Below, piece after piece: positions 21,130-31,855 of a stretch of 64,000 bases of DNA. The notes below the pieces were generated by a model, which was given only the letters and a program-made list of their open reading frames with translations, was not told where the DNA came from and made no database searches. A program made the position numbers and the translations under genes. Within the stretch, counting starts at the first letter, position 1. Each line of letters begins with the position of its first letter. Source of the stretch: Planctomycetota bacterium (GTDB lineage: Bacteria > Planctomycetota > PLA2 > JAEUHO01); the NCBI GenBank assembly GCA_965223505.1, contig CBDCWP010000021.1, positions 128,001 to 192,000 of the forward strand, written 5' to 3'.

Positions 21130-21510
21130 CTACCCCAACACGATCCAGGCGACGACCAGCGATGCCACGATCCACGCGCCGTAGTGAGCGCCTCGGATCA
21201 TGTGGGCCGGCACCTTGTTCTCGCCCTGCCAAACGACGACCACCTTGTCGGTCAGGAACAACCACGTGAGCGTGTGGAAGAGAACCATGAGCAGAACCAC
21301 GATGTGGAGCACGATGCTGACCGGGCTCTGCAGAAAGGCGTAGAACTCGCTGAACGAGGCGCGTGTCGCGGCGTTGGCCGCGAGAAGGAGCAACACGAAC
21401 GAGTAAATGCCGACGAACACGCACGTCAGCTCCCTCAGCATGTAGATCCGAAAGGCGGGCTTCTTGAGCCACCAGTCGTTCTTCATGGGGCGAACGTAGT
21501 CCTTGGGCAT
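21130..21510 (-). CDS. frdC: Fumarate reductase membrane anchor subunit C
   Basis: YVRPMKNDWW...FRIYMLRE; 3 TM helices. Confidence 0.9.
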   Translation of the reverse strand: MPKDYVRPMKNDWWLKKPAFRIYMLRELTCVFVGIYSFVLLLLAANAATRASFSEFYAFLQSPVSIVLHIVVLLMVLFHTLTWLFLTDKVVVVWQGENKVPAHMIRGAHYGAWIVASLVVAWIVLG

Positions 21511-22265
21511 CAGCTCTTTCCCCCCGGCATCAGCTTCGACTTGTACCAATCCAGCGTGTTCGACGCCTTGGCCTGCTGGATCGCGCCGGCGGGGTCGACG
21601 TCCTTGGGACACACCCGCGAGCACTCGCCGACGAACGTGCAGTCCCAGATCCCGTGGTCGCTCGACACCTCGTGCGCACGCTCGCCCACGCCGCCGTCAC
21701 GGGAGTCGAGGTTGTAGCGCTGCGCCAGCGCGAGCGCAGCCGGCCCCATGAACGTCGCATTGAGCCCGGCAACCGGGCACGCCGAGTAGCAGATCATGCA
21801 GTTGATGCACATGCTGTACTGCTTGAACTGTGCGAGCTCCGCCGGCGACTGCCGGTACTCGCCCTGCTCCAACGAACGCTCTTCCTTGGGAATCAGCCAC
21901 GTCTTGAGGTCGCTGAGGCTCTCGAGGAAGCGCTCCATGTTGATGACGAGATCGCGCACGACCGGAAAGTGCTCGAGCGGCTCGACGCGAATCGGGCTGG
22001 GGTAGTAGTCGCGGAGGAAGGTCGAACATGTGAGGCTCGGCTCGCCGTTCACGACCATCCCGCAGCTTCCGCACACGCCCATGCGGCAGGACCAGCGGTA
22101 CGAAAGCGTGCCGTCGATGTTGTCCTTGACGTAGTTGATCGCGTCCAGCACGACCCAGTCTTCCTTGTAGGGAATCTCGAATTGGTCGTACCGAGGCGCG
22201 TCGTCCTCGTCAGGGAGGTATCGGAACACCTCCATGACCATGGTGCGGGTGTCAGCGCTTGCCAT
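21510..22265 (-). CDS. frdB: Fumarate reductase iron-sulfur subunit
   Basis: [37 protein letters not shown]. Confidence 0.95.
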   Translation of the reverse strand: MASADTRTMVMEVFRYLPDEDDAPRYDQFEIPYKEDWVVLDAINYVKDNIDGTLSYRWSCRMGVCGSCGMVVNGEPSLTCSTFLRDYYPSPIRVEPLEHFPVVRDLVINMERFLESLSDLKTWLIPKEERSLEQGEYRQSPAELAQFKQYSMCINCMICYSACPVAGLNATFMGPAALALAQRYNLDSRDGGVGERAHEVSSDHGIWDCTFVGECSRVCPKDVDPAGAIQQAKASNTLDWYKSKLMPGGKS

Positions 22266-24012
22266 AGACGCGTTCTCCGGGAGGCCACCGCGTGATCACC
22301 ACATCCAGGTAGTCGATGCGCGGATCGCCGTCCGTTTGATAGGCCAGCGAGTGCTTCAAGTAGTCGTCGTCGTCGCGCTCGGGGAAGTCCGTTCGCTGAT
22401 GCGAGCCGCGCGACTCCTTGCGCGCGCTCGCGCTGAACGCCAACGCCTCGGCGGCATCCACCGTGAACTCGAGCTCGAGCGCGCTCACGAGCTCCGTGTT
22501 GAAGGTGCGACTGTGGTCCTGGACCTTCACGTTCGCCGCGCGCTCCTTCAGCTCTCGCACCTTCTCGCACGCCTCGTCGAGCGACTTCTGCGTCCGGTAG
22601 ATCCCGGCGCCGCCTTCGAGCGCGTCGTTGAGCTCCAGCCGGATCTTCGCGATCGAGTCCGAGCTTTCGCCGCCACGGCAGAAGCGCGAACGCACCTCCT
22701 CGTCGTAGTCCGCCGCCGCCTTCGAGATGACGTCGGTGTCTACACTGTCGTTCTCGCCGGCGTGTCGGGCCGCGGCCTGCGCCGCGCGACGTCCGAAGAC
22801 GAGCAGCTCGGTCAAGGAGTTCGAGCCGAGCCGGTTCGCGCCGTTGATGCTCACGCACGCGCACTCGCCTGCGGCGTACAGCCCCGGAAGCGGCGTCGCG
22901 CCGTTGATGTCGGTGTGCACGCCGCCCATCATGTAGTGCACGACCGGGCGAACCGGGATCGGCGCGTGGACGGGATCGACGCCGACGTAGTTCTTCGCGG
23001 TCGCGCGCACGAACGGGATCTTCTTGTCGATCTTCTTCTCGCCCAGATGCCGTACGTCCAGGTGCACGTAGTCACCGCGCTCGCCCTGGATGGTGTTGCC
23101 CTTCGCCTGCTCCTGCATGAACGCCTGTGAGAGTCGATCGCGCGGACCGAGCTCCATGCTGCGCTTCTGCGGGTGGTTGGGGTCGTTGACGTCGAGCGGC
23201 GTTCCGAGCTCGTAGTCCTGGAGGTAGCGGCGGCCGTCCTTGTTGAGCAGGATGCCGCCCTCGCCGCGCGCCGCTTCCGTGATCAGAATGCCCGTGCCCG
23301 GCAGACCCGTCGGGTGGTACTGCACGAACTCCATGTCCTTGAGCGGTACGCCGGCCTGGTAGGCGAGCGACATGCCGTCGCCGGTCTTGATCGCCGCGTT
23401 CGTCGTGAACGGGAAGATGCGTCCGGCGCCGCCGGTGCAGAGGATGACGGACTTGCCGCCGATGGCCCGCATCTCGCCCGAGCGCAGCTCGATGGCGGCC
23501 ACGCCCTGGCACCGGCCTTCGTGTACGACCAGCTTGCACACGAAGTGCTCGTCGTAGCGCGTGACCGGCTTGTACTTCTGCGCGGTCTGGAAGAGCGTGT
23601 GGAGCATGTGGAAGCCGGTCTTGTCGGCGGCGAACCACGTGCGCTCGATCTTCATGCCGCCGAACGGCCGCGTGGCGACGGATCCGTCGGGCTCGCGGCT
23701 CCACGGACAGCCCCAGTGCTCCAGCTGCAGCAGCTCCTTCGGCGCCTCGTTGACGAACGCCTCCACCGCGTCCTGATCGGCCATCCAGTCGGCGCCGGAG
23801 ATGGTGTCGTAGCAGTGGTCGTCGAGCGAGTCGTTGGGCTTGATGACCCCGGCCGAGCCGCCCTCGGCCGAGACCGTGTGACTGCGCATCGGGTAGACCT
23901 TGGAGACGACACCGACGCTGAGCTTGGGGAACTCCTCCGCGATGGTGATCGCTGCTCGCAGTCCGGCGCCACCGCCGCCGACAATGAGCACGTCGTGAAC
24001 GGGAATCGCCAT
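22252..24012 (-). CDS. frdA: Fumarate reductase flavoprotein subunit
   Basis: [20 protein letters not shown] (covalent-FAD His), [30 protein letters not shown]. Confidence 0.95.
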   Translation of the reverse strand: MAIPVHDVLIVGGGGAGLRAAITIAEEFPKLSVGVVSKVYPMRSHTVSAEGGSAGVIKPNDSLDDHCYDTISGADWMADQDAVEAFVNEAPKELLQLEHWGCPWSREPDGSVATRPFGGMKIERTWFAADKTGFHMLHTLFQTAQKYKPVTRYDEHFVCKLVVHEGRCQGVAAIELRSGEMRAIGGKSVILCTGGAGRIFPFTTNAAIKTGDGMSLAYQAGVPLKDMEFVQYHPTGLPGTGILITEAARGEGGILLNKDGRRYLQDYELGTPLDVNDPNHPQKRSMELGPRDRLSQAFMQEQAKGNTIQGERGDYVHLDVRHLGEKKIDKKIPFVRATAKNYVGVDPVHAPIPVRPVVHYMMGGVHTDINGATPLPGLYAAGECACVSINGANRLGSNSLTELLVFGRRAAQAAARHAGENDSVDTDVISKAAADYDEEVRSRFCRGGESSDSIAKIRLELNDALEGGAGIYRTQKSLDEACEKVRELKERAANVKVQDHSRTFNTELVSALELEFTVDAAEALAFSASARKESRGSHQRTDFPERDDDDYLKHSLAYQTDGDPRIDYLDVVITRWPPGERVYGKR

Positions 24013-24146
24013 GGAATCTCCGTTGGGCGTCCTTGGGAGCGGGATGATGGCACGCCCCCTGCCCTCAGTCCAGGCAGGCCAGGGCATCTTGGACGGTGGA
24101 ATTCAGCCGGCCGTGGACGCGGGTCGGCACGCATAGAATCGCTTGG

Positions 24147-24608
24147 ATGAGTGCGCCGAAGTCCGCAGCCGCCGCGTCCCTCGTCGCCCGTCTCGCGCTC
24201 GAGCCGCACCCGGAGGGCGGCTGGTATCGAGAGACGGTGCGCGCGGATCTGACGATCCCGGCAACGGCGCTCCCCGATCGATTCGGCGGTGATCGCAGCG
24301 CGTTGACGTCGATCCTGTACCTGCTCGAGAAGGGTGACCGCTCGCGCCGCCATCGCCTGAAGTCGGATGAGATCTGGCTACATCAGCTCGGTGACGGCGT
24401 TCGCCTGCGCACGTCCGCGCCCGACGGAACCGAGCGCCTCGATGTCGGCGTCGGCCCCGACCCGGATGCTCGACTTCAACACGTAGTGCCGGCCGGCTGG
24501 TGGCAGCAGGCGGATGTGTCGTCGGGACCGCACGGCTTCGCGCTGCTGGCGTGCGTCATGGCGCCCGGATTCGAGTTCGAGGACTTCGAGCTGGCCGGCG
24601 GCGCCTGA
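24147..24608 (+). CDS. Cupin (DUF985/Cupin_5-like) protein
   Basis: LEPHPEGGWYRE, TSILYLL, HRLKSDEIW, APGFEFEDF. Confidence 0.88.
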   Translation: MSAPKSAAAASLVARLALEPHPEGGWYRETVRADLTIPATALPDRFGGDRSALTSILYLLEKGDRSRRHRLKSDEIWLHQLGDGVRLRTSAPDGTERLDVGVGPDPDARLQHVVPAGWWQQADVSSGPHGFALLACVMAPGFEFEDFELAGGA

Positions 24609-24626
24609 GCGCCGCCGGCCTCGTCC

Positions 24627-27338
24627 CTACTGCAGGATCGTGATCGTGATCTGCGCCGTCGTGCTGCCCGACGCATTCGTCGCGGTCACCGTGTGATTGG
24701 TCTGATTGGTCTGGGTCGTCGGCGTGCCCGAGATGACGCCGGTCGTCGTGTTCAACGTCACGCCGGCCGGCAGGGCCGGAGTGATGCTGTACGACGCGAC
24801 GGTGCCGCCGGACACCGTCGGGTTCATCGTCGCGAAGATGCCGCCCGTCACGTAGCCCACATTGGGCGTGTTCGAGTACGAGAGGTTCTTCGGCGCCCCG
24901 AGCGGCGTGGTGATCGTCACGGTGGCCTGCGTACTGCCCGCGGCGTTGGTCGCCGTGACCGTGTAGTTGGTCTGCGAGGTCACCGACGTCGGCGTGCCGC
25001 TGATGACGCCGGTCGTCCCGTTCAGCGTCAGTCCGGCGGGCAAGGCCGGTGAGACCGCGTAGGTGTCGACGGCGCCGCCGCTGATGGTCGGCGAGTTGTC
25101 CGTGATCGCGCAGCCGGTCGGATAGCTCACTGGCGAGCTGTAGGACAGGTTGCTCGGCGGCTGCAGCGCGGACGTCACGGTGATGTTCACCGTCGCCATC
25201 GTGCTGCCGCCGGAGTTCGTGCCGGTCACCACGTGATTGGTCGCACTCTGTGTCACCGTCGGGGTCCCGGAGATGACGCCGGTGGTTGCGCTCAACGAAA
25301 GGCCCGTCGGCAGCGCGGGACTCACCGTGTAGTTGGTGATCGTTCCCCCGGTGTTCGTCGGGACGTTGTTGGTGATCGCCGAGTTCTGGACGTACGTGAC
25401 CGGTGTCGTGTACGCGAGATTCGCCGGCGCGGTCGCGTCGACCTTGATGTTGACCGTCGCCTGGGTGCTGCCCGCGTCGTTCGAGCCGGTCACGGTGTAG
25501 TCCGCCGCCGCGGTCGGCGCGGTCGGCGTACCGGAGATGACGCCCGAGACCGGGTTGAGCAAAAGCCCCGCCGGCAGCGTCGGGCTCACCGCGTAGTTCG
25601 TGATCGCGCCGCCCGTACTCGCCGGAACGTTGTTGTCGATCGCGACCGACTCCTGGTAGCAGACCGGGGTGTCGTAGGTCAGGCCGGCAGGCGGAATGTC
25701 GCCCTGCACCTTGGCGAACTGCCCGCGCACGTGACCGCCGGGATTCGCGGCCGTGTGCATGTTCGCGTAGAAGTCGCTCGCGTCCGCGAGCATGCGCGCG
25801 AACGTGCGCCCCGTGAGCGTCACGGTGCCGTCGGAGGTGTTGCCGGACGCGTTCGCGACGATCTGGGACGAGAAGTCGACCAGGACGGGGCCGTTGACAC
25901 CGGCCGGGCTGTCGTGAATGTGCCCTGCCGTGATGTCGGTCGCCGGCGGGGCGCCCATCGTCAGGTTGAACGAAGCCGTGAACACGCCGGTGAAGATCAC
26001 GGTGATCGTGCCGTTGTCGGGGCCGATGATCGGTGGGACCTCGTTCTCGTCGAGCATCGCCGCGAAGAAGGTCACGGGCGTTTGCGTCAGCTGACCGCGT
26101 ACCAGACCGGCAGGCGCCGTGGCGGTATGGAAGTTGGCGTAGAAGGCGCCGGGACAGGCCAACATGCGCGTCAGCAACGTCTGTTCGCAGGTGATCGAGC
26201 CGTCCGCGGATCCGGTCGGGACGCTCACGTTGTAGTCGGCGCCCGCCTGCAGATCGATCACGACCGGTCCCTCGGCGCCGGCAGGCGCCTCGTGCACGTG
26301 AGCCTGGTTGACGAGATCGATGCCCTGCGCATCGGGCACGGCGAGGTGCGCGATGCCCGCCGTGAACGAGGGGAACTGGAGCGTGCAGCCGCCGCGCGCG
26401 TTGGCGTCGACGATGGTCGTCTCCTGATCTCCTTCCATGCACGTCCAGAACTGCGGGTCGTCGTCGCAGAGCTGGCCGCGCGCGATGCCGATGGGCGCCG
26501 ACGCCGTGACGAGGTTCAGGTAGAAGCCCCTCACGTCGGCGCAGATCCTCGACAGCGTCGCGAGCGGCGGGGTCACGCTGCCCGACAGCGTCCCGAGACT
26601 GGCGTCGACGACGGCCGAGCCGACGTCGAGATCCTGCAGCGCGATGCCGTTCTGGCCCTCGTTGCCGATGTGTACGCCGGCCGCGGTGATGTCCGTGATG
26701 ACCGGCGACTTCGTCGCGATCACGAAGTCGACCCGGCCGCTCGGATCGACGGCGAACGTCCCGGCGCCGCGCGCGGCGGGATCGGAAGGCGCGGTCACGT
26801 TCGAACCCAAGGCGACGGCATGCACCTCCAGGCCGGCGAAGGGAGCAAGCTGCTCGCGAACGAGCCCCGGCAGCGCGAACGAGGTATGGATGTTCACGTA
26901 GAAGTCGTCCGGCGCGTTCGCGATCTCGTCTGCCAGTGCGGGCGCGATGGCCAGCGTATCCGAAGCCGTACGCGTCGTGCCGTCGAACGCCGCGCCGCCC
27001 GACAGTAGATCGACTTCGATGGGCCCGTCGACCCCCGCCGGGGCGCGATGGATGTGCATGCCCGTGATGTCGCCGACGTAGCCGGCCTGGGCGGTGGCGG
27101 CGAACCGCAGCTCGCCGTCGCTGCGAAGAACCACGATCACGGACGCGCGCGCGTCGGCGTCGACGACGGTCGTCTCGTTGCTCCCGAGGAGCGTCGCCTT
27201 CAGAACGGCCAGCTGCACGACGCCGGGGCCGCCGCCGCCGCTGCCGCCTCCGCCGCCGCAGGAGGCGATCGAGACCACGGCGAACGACAAGAACAAAGTG
27301 GTAAGGGAGAAACGTCGCACGAGACACCTCCGGTCCAT
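24627..27338 (-). CDS. Lipoprotein with four CHRD domains and four putative Ig (He_PIG-like) repeats
   Basis: IASCGGGG lipobox; four units of G..E/N...HIH-like...FY.N.HT-like...G..R[GE]Q[LF]; four units of P.NL.Y...P.LP.GL.L...TGVISGTPT. Start approximate. Confidence 0.85.
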   Translation of the reverse strand: MDRRCLVRRFSLTTLFLSFAVVSIASCGGGGGSGGGGPGVVQLAVLKATLLGSNETTVVDADARASVIVVLRSDGELRFAATAQAGYVGDITGMHIHRAPAGVDGPIEVDLLSGGAAFDGTTRTASDTLAIAPALADEIANAPDDFYVNIHTSFALPGLVREQLAPFAGLEVHAVALGSNVTAPSDPAARGAGTFAVDPSGRVDFVIATKSPVITDITAAGVHIGNEGQNGIALQDLDVGSAVVDASLGTLSGSVTPPLATLSRICADVRGFYLNLVTASAPIGIARGQLCDDDPQFWTCMEGDQETTIVDANARGGCTLQFPSFTAGIAHLAVPDAQGIDLVNQAHVHEAPAGAEGPVVIDLQAGADYNVSVPTGSADGSITCEQTLLTRMLACPGAFYANFHTATAPAGLVRGQLTQTPVTFFAAMLDENEVPPIIGPDNGTITVIFTGVFTASFNLTMGAPPATDITAGHIHDSPAGVNGPVLVDFSSQIVANASGNTSDGTVTLTGRTFARMLADASDFYANMHTAANPGGHVRGQFAKVQGDIPPAGLTYDTPVCYQESVAIDNNVPASTGGAITNYAVSPTLPAGLLLNPVSGVISGTPTAPTAAADYTVTGSNDAGSTQATVNIKVDATAPANLAYTTPVTYVQNSAITNNVPTNTGGTITNYTVSPALPTGLSLSATTGVISGTPTVTQSATNHVVTGTNSGGSTMATVNITVTSALQPPSNLSYSSPVSYPTGCAITDNSPTISGGAVDTYAVSPALPAGLTLNGTTGVISGTPTSVTSQTNYTVTATNAAGSTQATVTITTPLGAPKNLSYSNTPNVGYVTGGIFATMNPTVSGGTVASYSITPALPAGVTLNTTTGVISGTPTTQTNQTNHTVTATNASGSTTAQITITILQ

Positions 27339-27379
27339 GGGACCGACTGCGCACCCGTGACCACCCGAACCGACGAACC

Positions 27380-27404
27380 CCTGCCTTGCGTATGCAAGGG
27401 CAGG
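27380..27404. promoter_or_regulatory. Imperfect palindrome, candidate MarR operator
   Basis: CCTGCCTTGC-GTAT-GCAAGGGCAGG between the divergent CHRD gene and marR. Confidence 0.4.
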
Positions 27405-27473
27405 CATCCTAGCGGGGCACGGTCGAAAGTGCCACGATGACCCGAACAAACCGGGCCAGGAGTCCCTCGGTCG

Positions 27474-27501
27474 TTGACTTCGCCCCGATCTCGCGTACGA
27501 C
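27474..27501 (+). promoter_or_regulatory. Candidate sigma70 promoter of the MarR gene (leaderless)
   Basis: TTGACT-N16-TACGAC-N6-ATG. Confidence 0.4.
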
Positions 27502-27507
27502 GGTCGT

Positions 27508-27954
27508 ATGCCTCTGTCGAAAAACGAATATGCAGACGCAGTGGACATCTGCGCCTGCTTCAACCTACGAAGTGCCGCGCGAAGCGTAACGCGCCTGTTC
27601 GATGACGTTCTGGAGCCGTCGGGGCTCCGATCGACCCAGTTCGTCACCCTCGTGTCGATTCACGTCGACGGACCGGTCGAGCTGCCCTCTCTCGCTCGGA
27701 ACCTGCACGTCGATCGCAGCACGCTGACGCGGAATCTCGCGCCGCTCGAGCGCGACGGATTCGTTGCGCGGAAGACGACGCCGAGCGGCGCCGTCGAGGT
27801 CAAGCTGACCGCCAAGGGCCGCCGAAAAGTGGAACGAGCCGCGCCGTACTGGGCCGAGGCGCAGGGCCGCTTCGAGAAACGCATGGGCAAGCGCCGATGG
27901 AAGTCTCTCGTGGGCGAGCTCGGCGACGCGCTCAGAGCGGCCGAGGACGCCTAG
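27508..27954 (+). CDS. MarR-family transcriptional regulator
   Basis: CACFNLRSAAR, LARNLHVDRSTLTRNL.PLERDG, LTAKG winged helix. Confidence 0.92.
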   Translation: MPLSKNEYADAVDICACFNLRSAARSVTRLFDDVLEPSGLRSTQFVTLVSIHVDGPVELPSLARNLHVDRSTLTRNLAPLERDGFVARKTTPSGAVEVKLTAKGRRKVERAAPYWAEAQGRFEKRMGKRRWKSLVGELGDALRAAEDA

Positions 27955-29582
27955 CGCAGCGTCCGGTCGAGATCGACCACGATCGTCGCGCCGGGCATCA
28001 TGCGTTCGCCTGCGTCCGCTTCAACCTCGACCTTCGGTGTGCTCAACGCTTCGGTGTGCTCCTCCCACCACTTTCGAGCGTGCTCGGCGTCCCATCCCTT
28101 CGCGTCAGCACAGTCGGCGAGCATCTCGCGTAACGCCCACGCGGATGCCGGCCTGGCGGCGGGGTCCTTGGCGAGGCACGACATGATCACGGCCTCGAGG
28201 TCGACGGCGAGCGACTCGCTGATGCGCTCCGACGGCGGCACGGGGTCCTCGTTGAGATGCTTCGAGCAGATGTCGATCACCGAGTCGCCCTCGAAGACCG
28301 GCTCGCCGGATAGTAGGTAGTACCCGACGCACCCGAGCGAGTAGAGATCGCTGCGATGGTCGACGTCGTCCGCTCGCATCGACTCCGGCGACATGTAGAG
28401 CGGCGTGCCCGCGACGATGCCGGCCTGGGTGATGTTCGCGTCTTCATCGACGCCGAGATCCTTGACGAGGCCGAAGTCGAGGATCTTGGCCACGTCCTGC
28501 TCGCCGCCCTGCTCGCACAGGAAGATGTTGGCCGGCTTGATGTCGCGGTGAATGAGACCGGTGCCGTGCGCTTCCGACAGCGCGCCCGCGATGTGGTCCA
28601 GCACGTGAATCACACGCGCCGCCGGCAACCTGCCGTCGGACTCGACGATCTCCTCCAGCGTCGCGCCGTCGAGCAGCTCCATCGCGTAGTAGAAGACGCC
28701 TTCCGGTGTGCGGCCGTAGTCGTAGACCGTGACGGTGTTGGGGTGGCTGAGCTGCGCGGTCAGCTGTACCTCGCGCTCGAAACGGCCCAGCGCGACCTCG
28801 CCGATCCGGTCCGGATGGAGCAGCTTGACGGCCGTGGGGCGACGCAGCATCGCGTGCCGGGCCTTGAACACCATGCCCATGCCGCCCTCGCCCAACTTCT
28901 CTTCGAGCGTGTACTGCCCGAGCCGCTCGGCCTTCTGCACCTGGCGACGCAGACCGTAGATGACCCTCGAGGCGGACCACGTCACCAACGTCGTGATGGT
29001 CCACCACATCGTGGTCATCGTGGCCATGGCGAACGCGGCCTTGGGCCGGTCGAGCGACTCGGCGGAGATGATCGCCAGCTCGTCGAACTCGGGGCCGGCG
29101 TTGTAGTACGAGAGGTACTGGATGGCGACGAGCGGCATGCCGATCACGATGGCCAACCACGCGGTGCGCGTCGCGCTGCTGGGCACGTAGACGGCGCGCG
29201 CGATCAGGCCGAACGACAACGACATGATGACGATGTGGTCCGGCCGCACCATGAGCGGCAGCGAACGCCCCATCATCATGGCCGCGAGGGAAGCGGCGAA
29301 GATGCCCCCCGCCTCGACGTATCGCACGTAGCGCGCGCTGCACCCGGGCTTGCGGCAGAGGAGCCAGATGAGCAGGAAGCTCAGGATGCAGACGTAGTGC
29401 CAGACGAACGACGGGTGGAGCAGCTCGTTGTACATGCTGCCGATCGCCGCCAGCACGACACGGAAGAGCGCCGCGACGCCGAACAGACCGGCGGCGAAGA
29501 GCCCGAAGCGCGCGACCCGGCTGCGGAGGAACGCCCGCCCCTCCTCGGTGCTCGCGAAGCTGTCGGCGCCCGTGGACCACAT
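27951..29582 (-). CDS. Ser/Thr protein kinase with N-terminal multi-TM domain
   Basis: LGEGGMG, AVK, HRDIKPAN, DFG, GTPLYMSPE; about 6 hydrophobic helices precede the kinase domain. Confidence 0.92.
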   Translation of the reverse strand: MWSTGADSFASTEEGRAFLRSRVARFGLFAAGLFGVAALFRVVLAAIGSMYNELLHPSFVWHYVCILSFLLIWLLCRKPGCSARYVRYVEAGGIFAASLAAMMMGRSLPLMVRPDHIVIMSLSFGLIARAVYVPSSATRTAWLAIVIGMPLVAIQYLSYYNAGPEFDELAIISAESLDRPKAAFAMATMTTMWWTITTLVTWSASRVIYGLRRQVQKAERLGQYTLEEKLGEGGMGMVFKARHAMLRRPTAVKLLHPDRIGEVALGRFEREVQLTAQLSHPNTVTVYDYGRTPEGVFYYAMELLDGATLEEIVESDGRLPAARVIHVLDHIAGALSEAHGTGLIHRDIKPANIFLCEQGGEQDVAKILDFGLVKDLGVDEDANITQAGIVAGTPLYMSPESMRADDVDHRSDLYSLGCVGYYLLSGEPVFEGDSVIDICSKHLNEDPVPPSERISESLAVDLEAVIMSCLAKDPAARPASAWALREMLADCADAKGWDAEHARKWWEEHTEALSTPKVEVEADAGERMMPGATIVVDLDRTLR

Positions 29583-29747
29583 GCGGCTCCAACGTATCCG
29601 GCCCCGGGGCCCCGACGGCCAGACCCCGTCGCTCCGGGCTAACACCGACGCGCCGCCCGCGTCTTGTGGAGTGCCATGGGAACCGCTGTTGACGTCCTGC
29701 TCCTGGCCGGTCACCGTCGGTTCGCGAGAACTCGCCGGGAGCGGGGC

Positions 29748-30260
29748 ATGGACGCAGAGGACCGGCTCATCGTCGCCGCCGCGCGCGCCGGCGATCGCAA
29801 GGCGTTCGAACGCCTGCACCGGCGGTATGCCCGCATGGTGCACGCGATCCTGCTCGCGAGGGTCCCGGCCGGCGAGGCCGAGGATCTGACCCAGGACGTC
29901 TTCGTCACGGTGCTGCGCAAGCTGCCGAAGCTTCGCGACGACGGAGCGTTCGGGGGCTGGGTGGCGCGCATCGCGCGCAATCGGGCGGTGGACTTCCATC
30001 GGCGCAGGAAGCGAACGGAGACGCTGCCGGAAGAGGTACGCATCGAGGCCTCCAGAGCCGTGGAGGCGCGCGAAGCGCTGGACGCGATTCGCGCCTTGCC
30101 CGACGCGTATCGCGAGACGTTGTTGATGAGGTTGGTGGAGGGAATGAAAGGACCGGAGATCGCGTCGCGCACCGGGATGACCCCCGGGTCGGTGCGGGTG
30201 AACCTGCACCGCGGCATGAAGATGCTGCGCGAGCGATTGGGTTGGAAGGACGCGTCATGA
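29748..30260 (+). CDS. ECF RNA polymerase sigma factor
   Basis: AEDLTQDVF, FGGWVARIARNRAVD, LPDAYRE, SVRVNLHRG. Confidence 0.92.
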   Translation: MDAEDRLIVAAARAGDRKAFERLHRRYARMVHAILLARVPAGEAEDLTQDVFVTVLRKLPKLRDDGAFGGWVARIARNRAVDFHRRRKRTETLPEEVRIEASRAVEAREALDAIRALPDAYRETLLMRLVEGMKGPEIASRTGMTPGSVRVNLHRGMKMLRERLGWKDAS

Positions 30261-31180
30261 GTGACGACAAGGACTATCTGTGGGACGGAACGGGCTCCGA
30301 CGAGGACGTCGAGCGGCTCGAGGCCTCTCTAGGGGGACTGCGGTACGACCGCACCGCGCCCGTGGCGACCAAGGCCGCGTCGCGCCTCTGGGTCTACGTC
30401 GCGGCCGCCGTCCTGCTCGTGGGCGTCGCGTACGGCGCCTTCGCGCTGACGAGCCGGGTCTTCGAGCCGACCGGCCCTCCGTCGTACATCCTCGGCGAGG
30501 GCGCGTTCGACGCGGGCAGCTGGATCGAGACCGGGGCGTCCAAGGCGCGCGTTCAGGTTGCGGACATCGGCTACGTCGACGTCCATCCGAGATCGCGCAT
30601 CCAAGCCGTTCGCTCCGGCTCGACCGAACACCGGTTGCACCTCGAGCGCGGACGCATCCACGCGAAGATCAACGCGCCGCCCCGGCTGTTCATCGTGGAT
30701 ACGCCGTCGGCGACGGCCGTCGACCAGGGGTGCGAGTACACCCTCGAGGTGGACGAGGACGGCAACGGCCTGCTGCGGGTGACGCTGGGCTGGGTCAACC
30801 TCGAGCTCGAAGACGGACTGGCCGAGGTGCCCCGCGGCGCGGCGTGCGAGTCGCGCAAGGACGCGGGCCTGGGCATCCCCTACTTCGAGGACGCGACGAG
30901 CGCGTTCCGCCACGCGCTCTCGGACCTGACGTTCGGCGACGACCCGAAGCTGGATGCGAAGCACTTCCAGACGGTTCTCGACGAGTCGCGGGAAAAGGAC
31001 TCGCTCACGCTGTGGCACCTCCTGCGCGAGGCGAAGCAGCAGTTCGTCCGCAAGCTGCTCGTCGGCAAGCTCATGGAGCACGTCCCGTTGCCGACGGGTG
31101 TGACCTTCGTGGGCCTGTGGAACGGCGACGACTACATGCTCGGCATCTACGAAGACGAGATCAAGCAGACCTGGTGGTAG
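30257..31180 (+). CDS. FecR-domain anti-sigma factor
   Basis: ATGA overlap with the sigma gene; single TM; LHLERG...FIVDTPSA.AVD.G..Y...V..G.V FecR pattern. Confidence 0.82.
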   Translation: MSDDKDYLWDGTGSDEDVERLEASLGGLRYDRTAPVATKAASRLWVYVAAAVLLVGVAYGAFALTSRVFEPTGPPSYILGEGAFDAGSWIETGASKARVQVADIGYVDVHPRSRIQAVRSGSTEHRLHLERGRIHAKINAPPRLFIVDTPSATAVDQGCEYTLEVDEDGNGLLRVTLGWVNLELEDGLAEVPRGAACESRKDAGLGIPYFEDATSAFRHALSDLTFGDDPKLDAKHFQTVLDESREKDSLTLWHLLREAKQQFVRKLLVGKLMEHVPLPTGVTFVGLWNGDDYMLGIYEDEIKQTWW

Positions 31181-31183
31181 CGT

Positions 31184-31732
31184 TCAAGAACTAGGCGGCG
31201 CCCCGACGTACGCGTCGATCGGAATCTGCAGCGCGTTGGCAGCGTGGCCGAAGAGCTGCGTCAGCCCGATCAGCAGGGTGAGATTCACGATCTCGGCCGA
31301 CGAGAAGTGCGCCTCCAGCTGCACGAACACGTCGTCGGAGATGTCGAGCGAGTCCCGCGCGTACTTCTCGGCATAGGTGAGCGCCGCTCGCTCCGGCTCG
31401 CTGAAGGCGCCGAGGTCGCCGTCGCGTAACGCGTCGATCTCGTCCATGGTCGCGTCGTGCTCGAGCGCGAACGCCTTGTGAAGCGTCAAACAGTAGTGGC
31501 TCTGGAGCGTGAACGAGACCTGCACCATCACCAGTTCCGTCAGCCGGGGCGGGAACGAAGACTGCGCATAGATCGAGTCGAACATGCCGAGGAGCGGTGC
31601 CAGCGCCGGCGGGTAGTGCGCCATCGTTCGAAAGAGGTTCGGCACCTTCTCGAACCGTTCGTGGAGAGCGTCGAAGAACGCTTGGCCCGACGCGTCGGCG
31701 TCGTCTCGTTCCACGAGGCGAATGCGGGGCAT
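31184..31732 (-). CDS. Carboxymuconolactone decarboxylase/AhpD-family protein
   Basis: VPNLFRTMAHYP, SHYCLTLH (SxxC), FSEPERAAL, FSSAEIVNL. Confidence 0.85.
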   Translation of the reverse strand: MPRIRLVERDDADASGQAFFDALHERFEKVPNLFRTMAHYPPALAPLLGMFDSIYAQSSFPPRLTELVMVQVSFTLQSHYCLTLHKAFALEHDATMDEIDALRDGDLGAFSEPERAALTYAEKYARDSLDISDDVFVQLEAHFSSAEIVNLTLLIGLTQLFGHAANALQIPIDAYVGAPPSS

Positions 31733-31855
31733 GGGGTTCTCCTGTTCGGCGTCCAATCCTACGCTCGAGCGCCGGGGGGTTGCCAACGCCTCCGGAATCC
31801 GCATCCTGGGGAACCGGAAGCGCTGCCGGCGCGTTGCAGGAGAAGGGAGGTCCTC

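Noticed and set aside
24630..25700. Recurring DNA segments (GAGATGACGCCGG-like) at roughly 260-bp spacing
   Set aside because: These are the coding Ig repeats, not a CRISPR array; no cas genes and no identical repeats with spacers.
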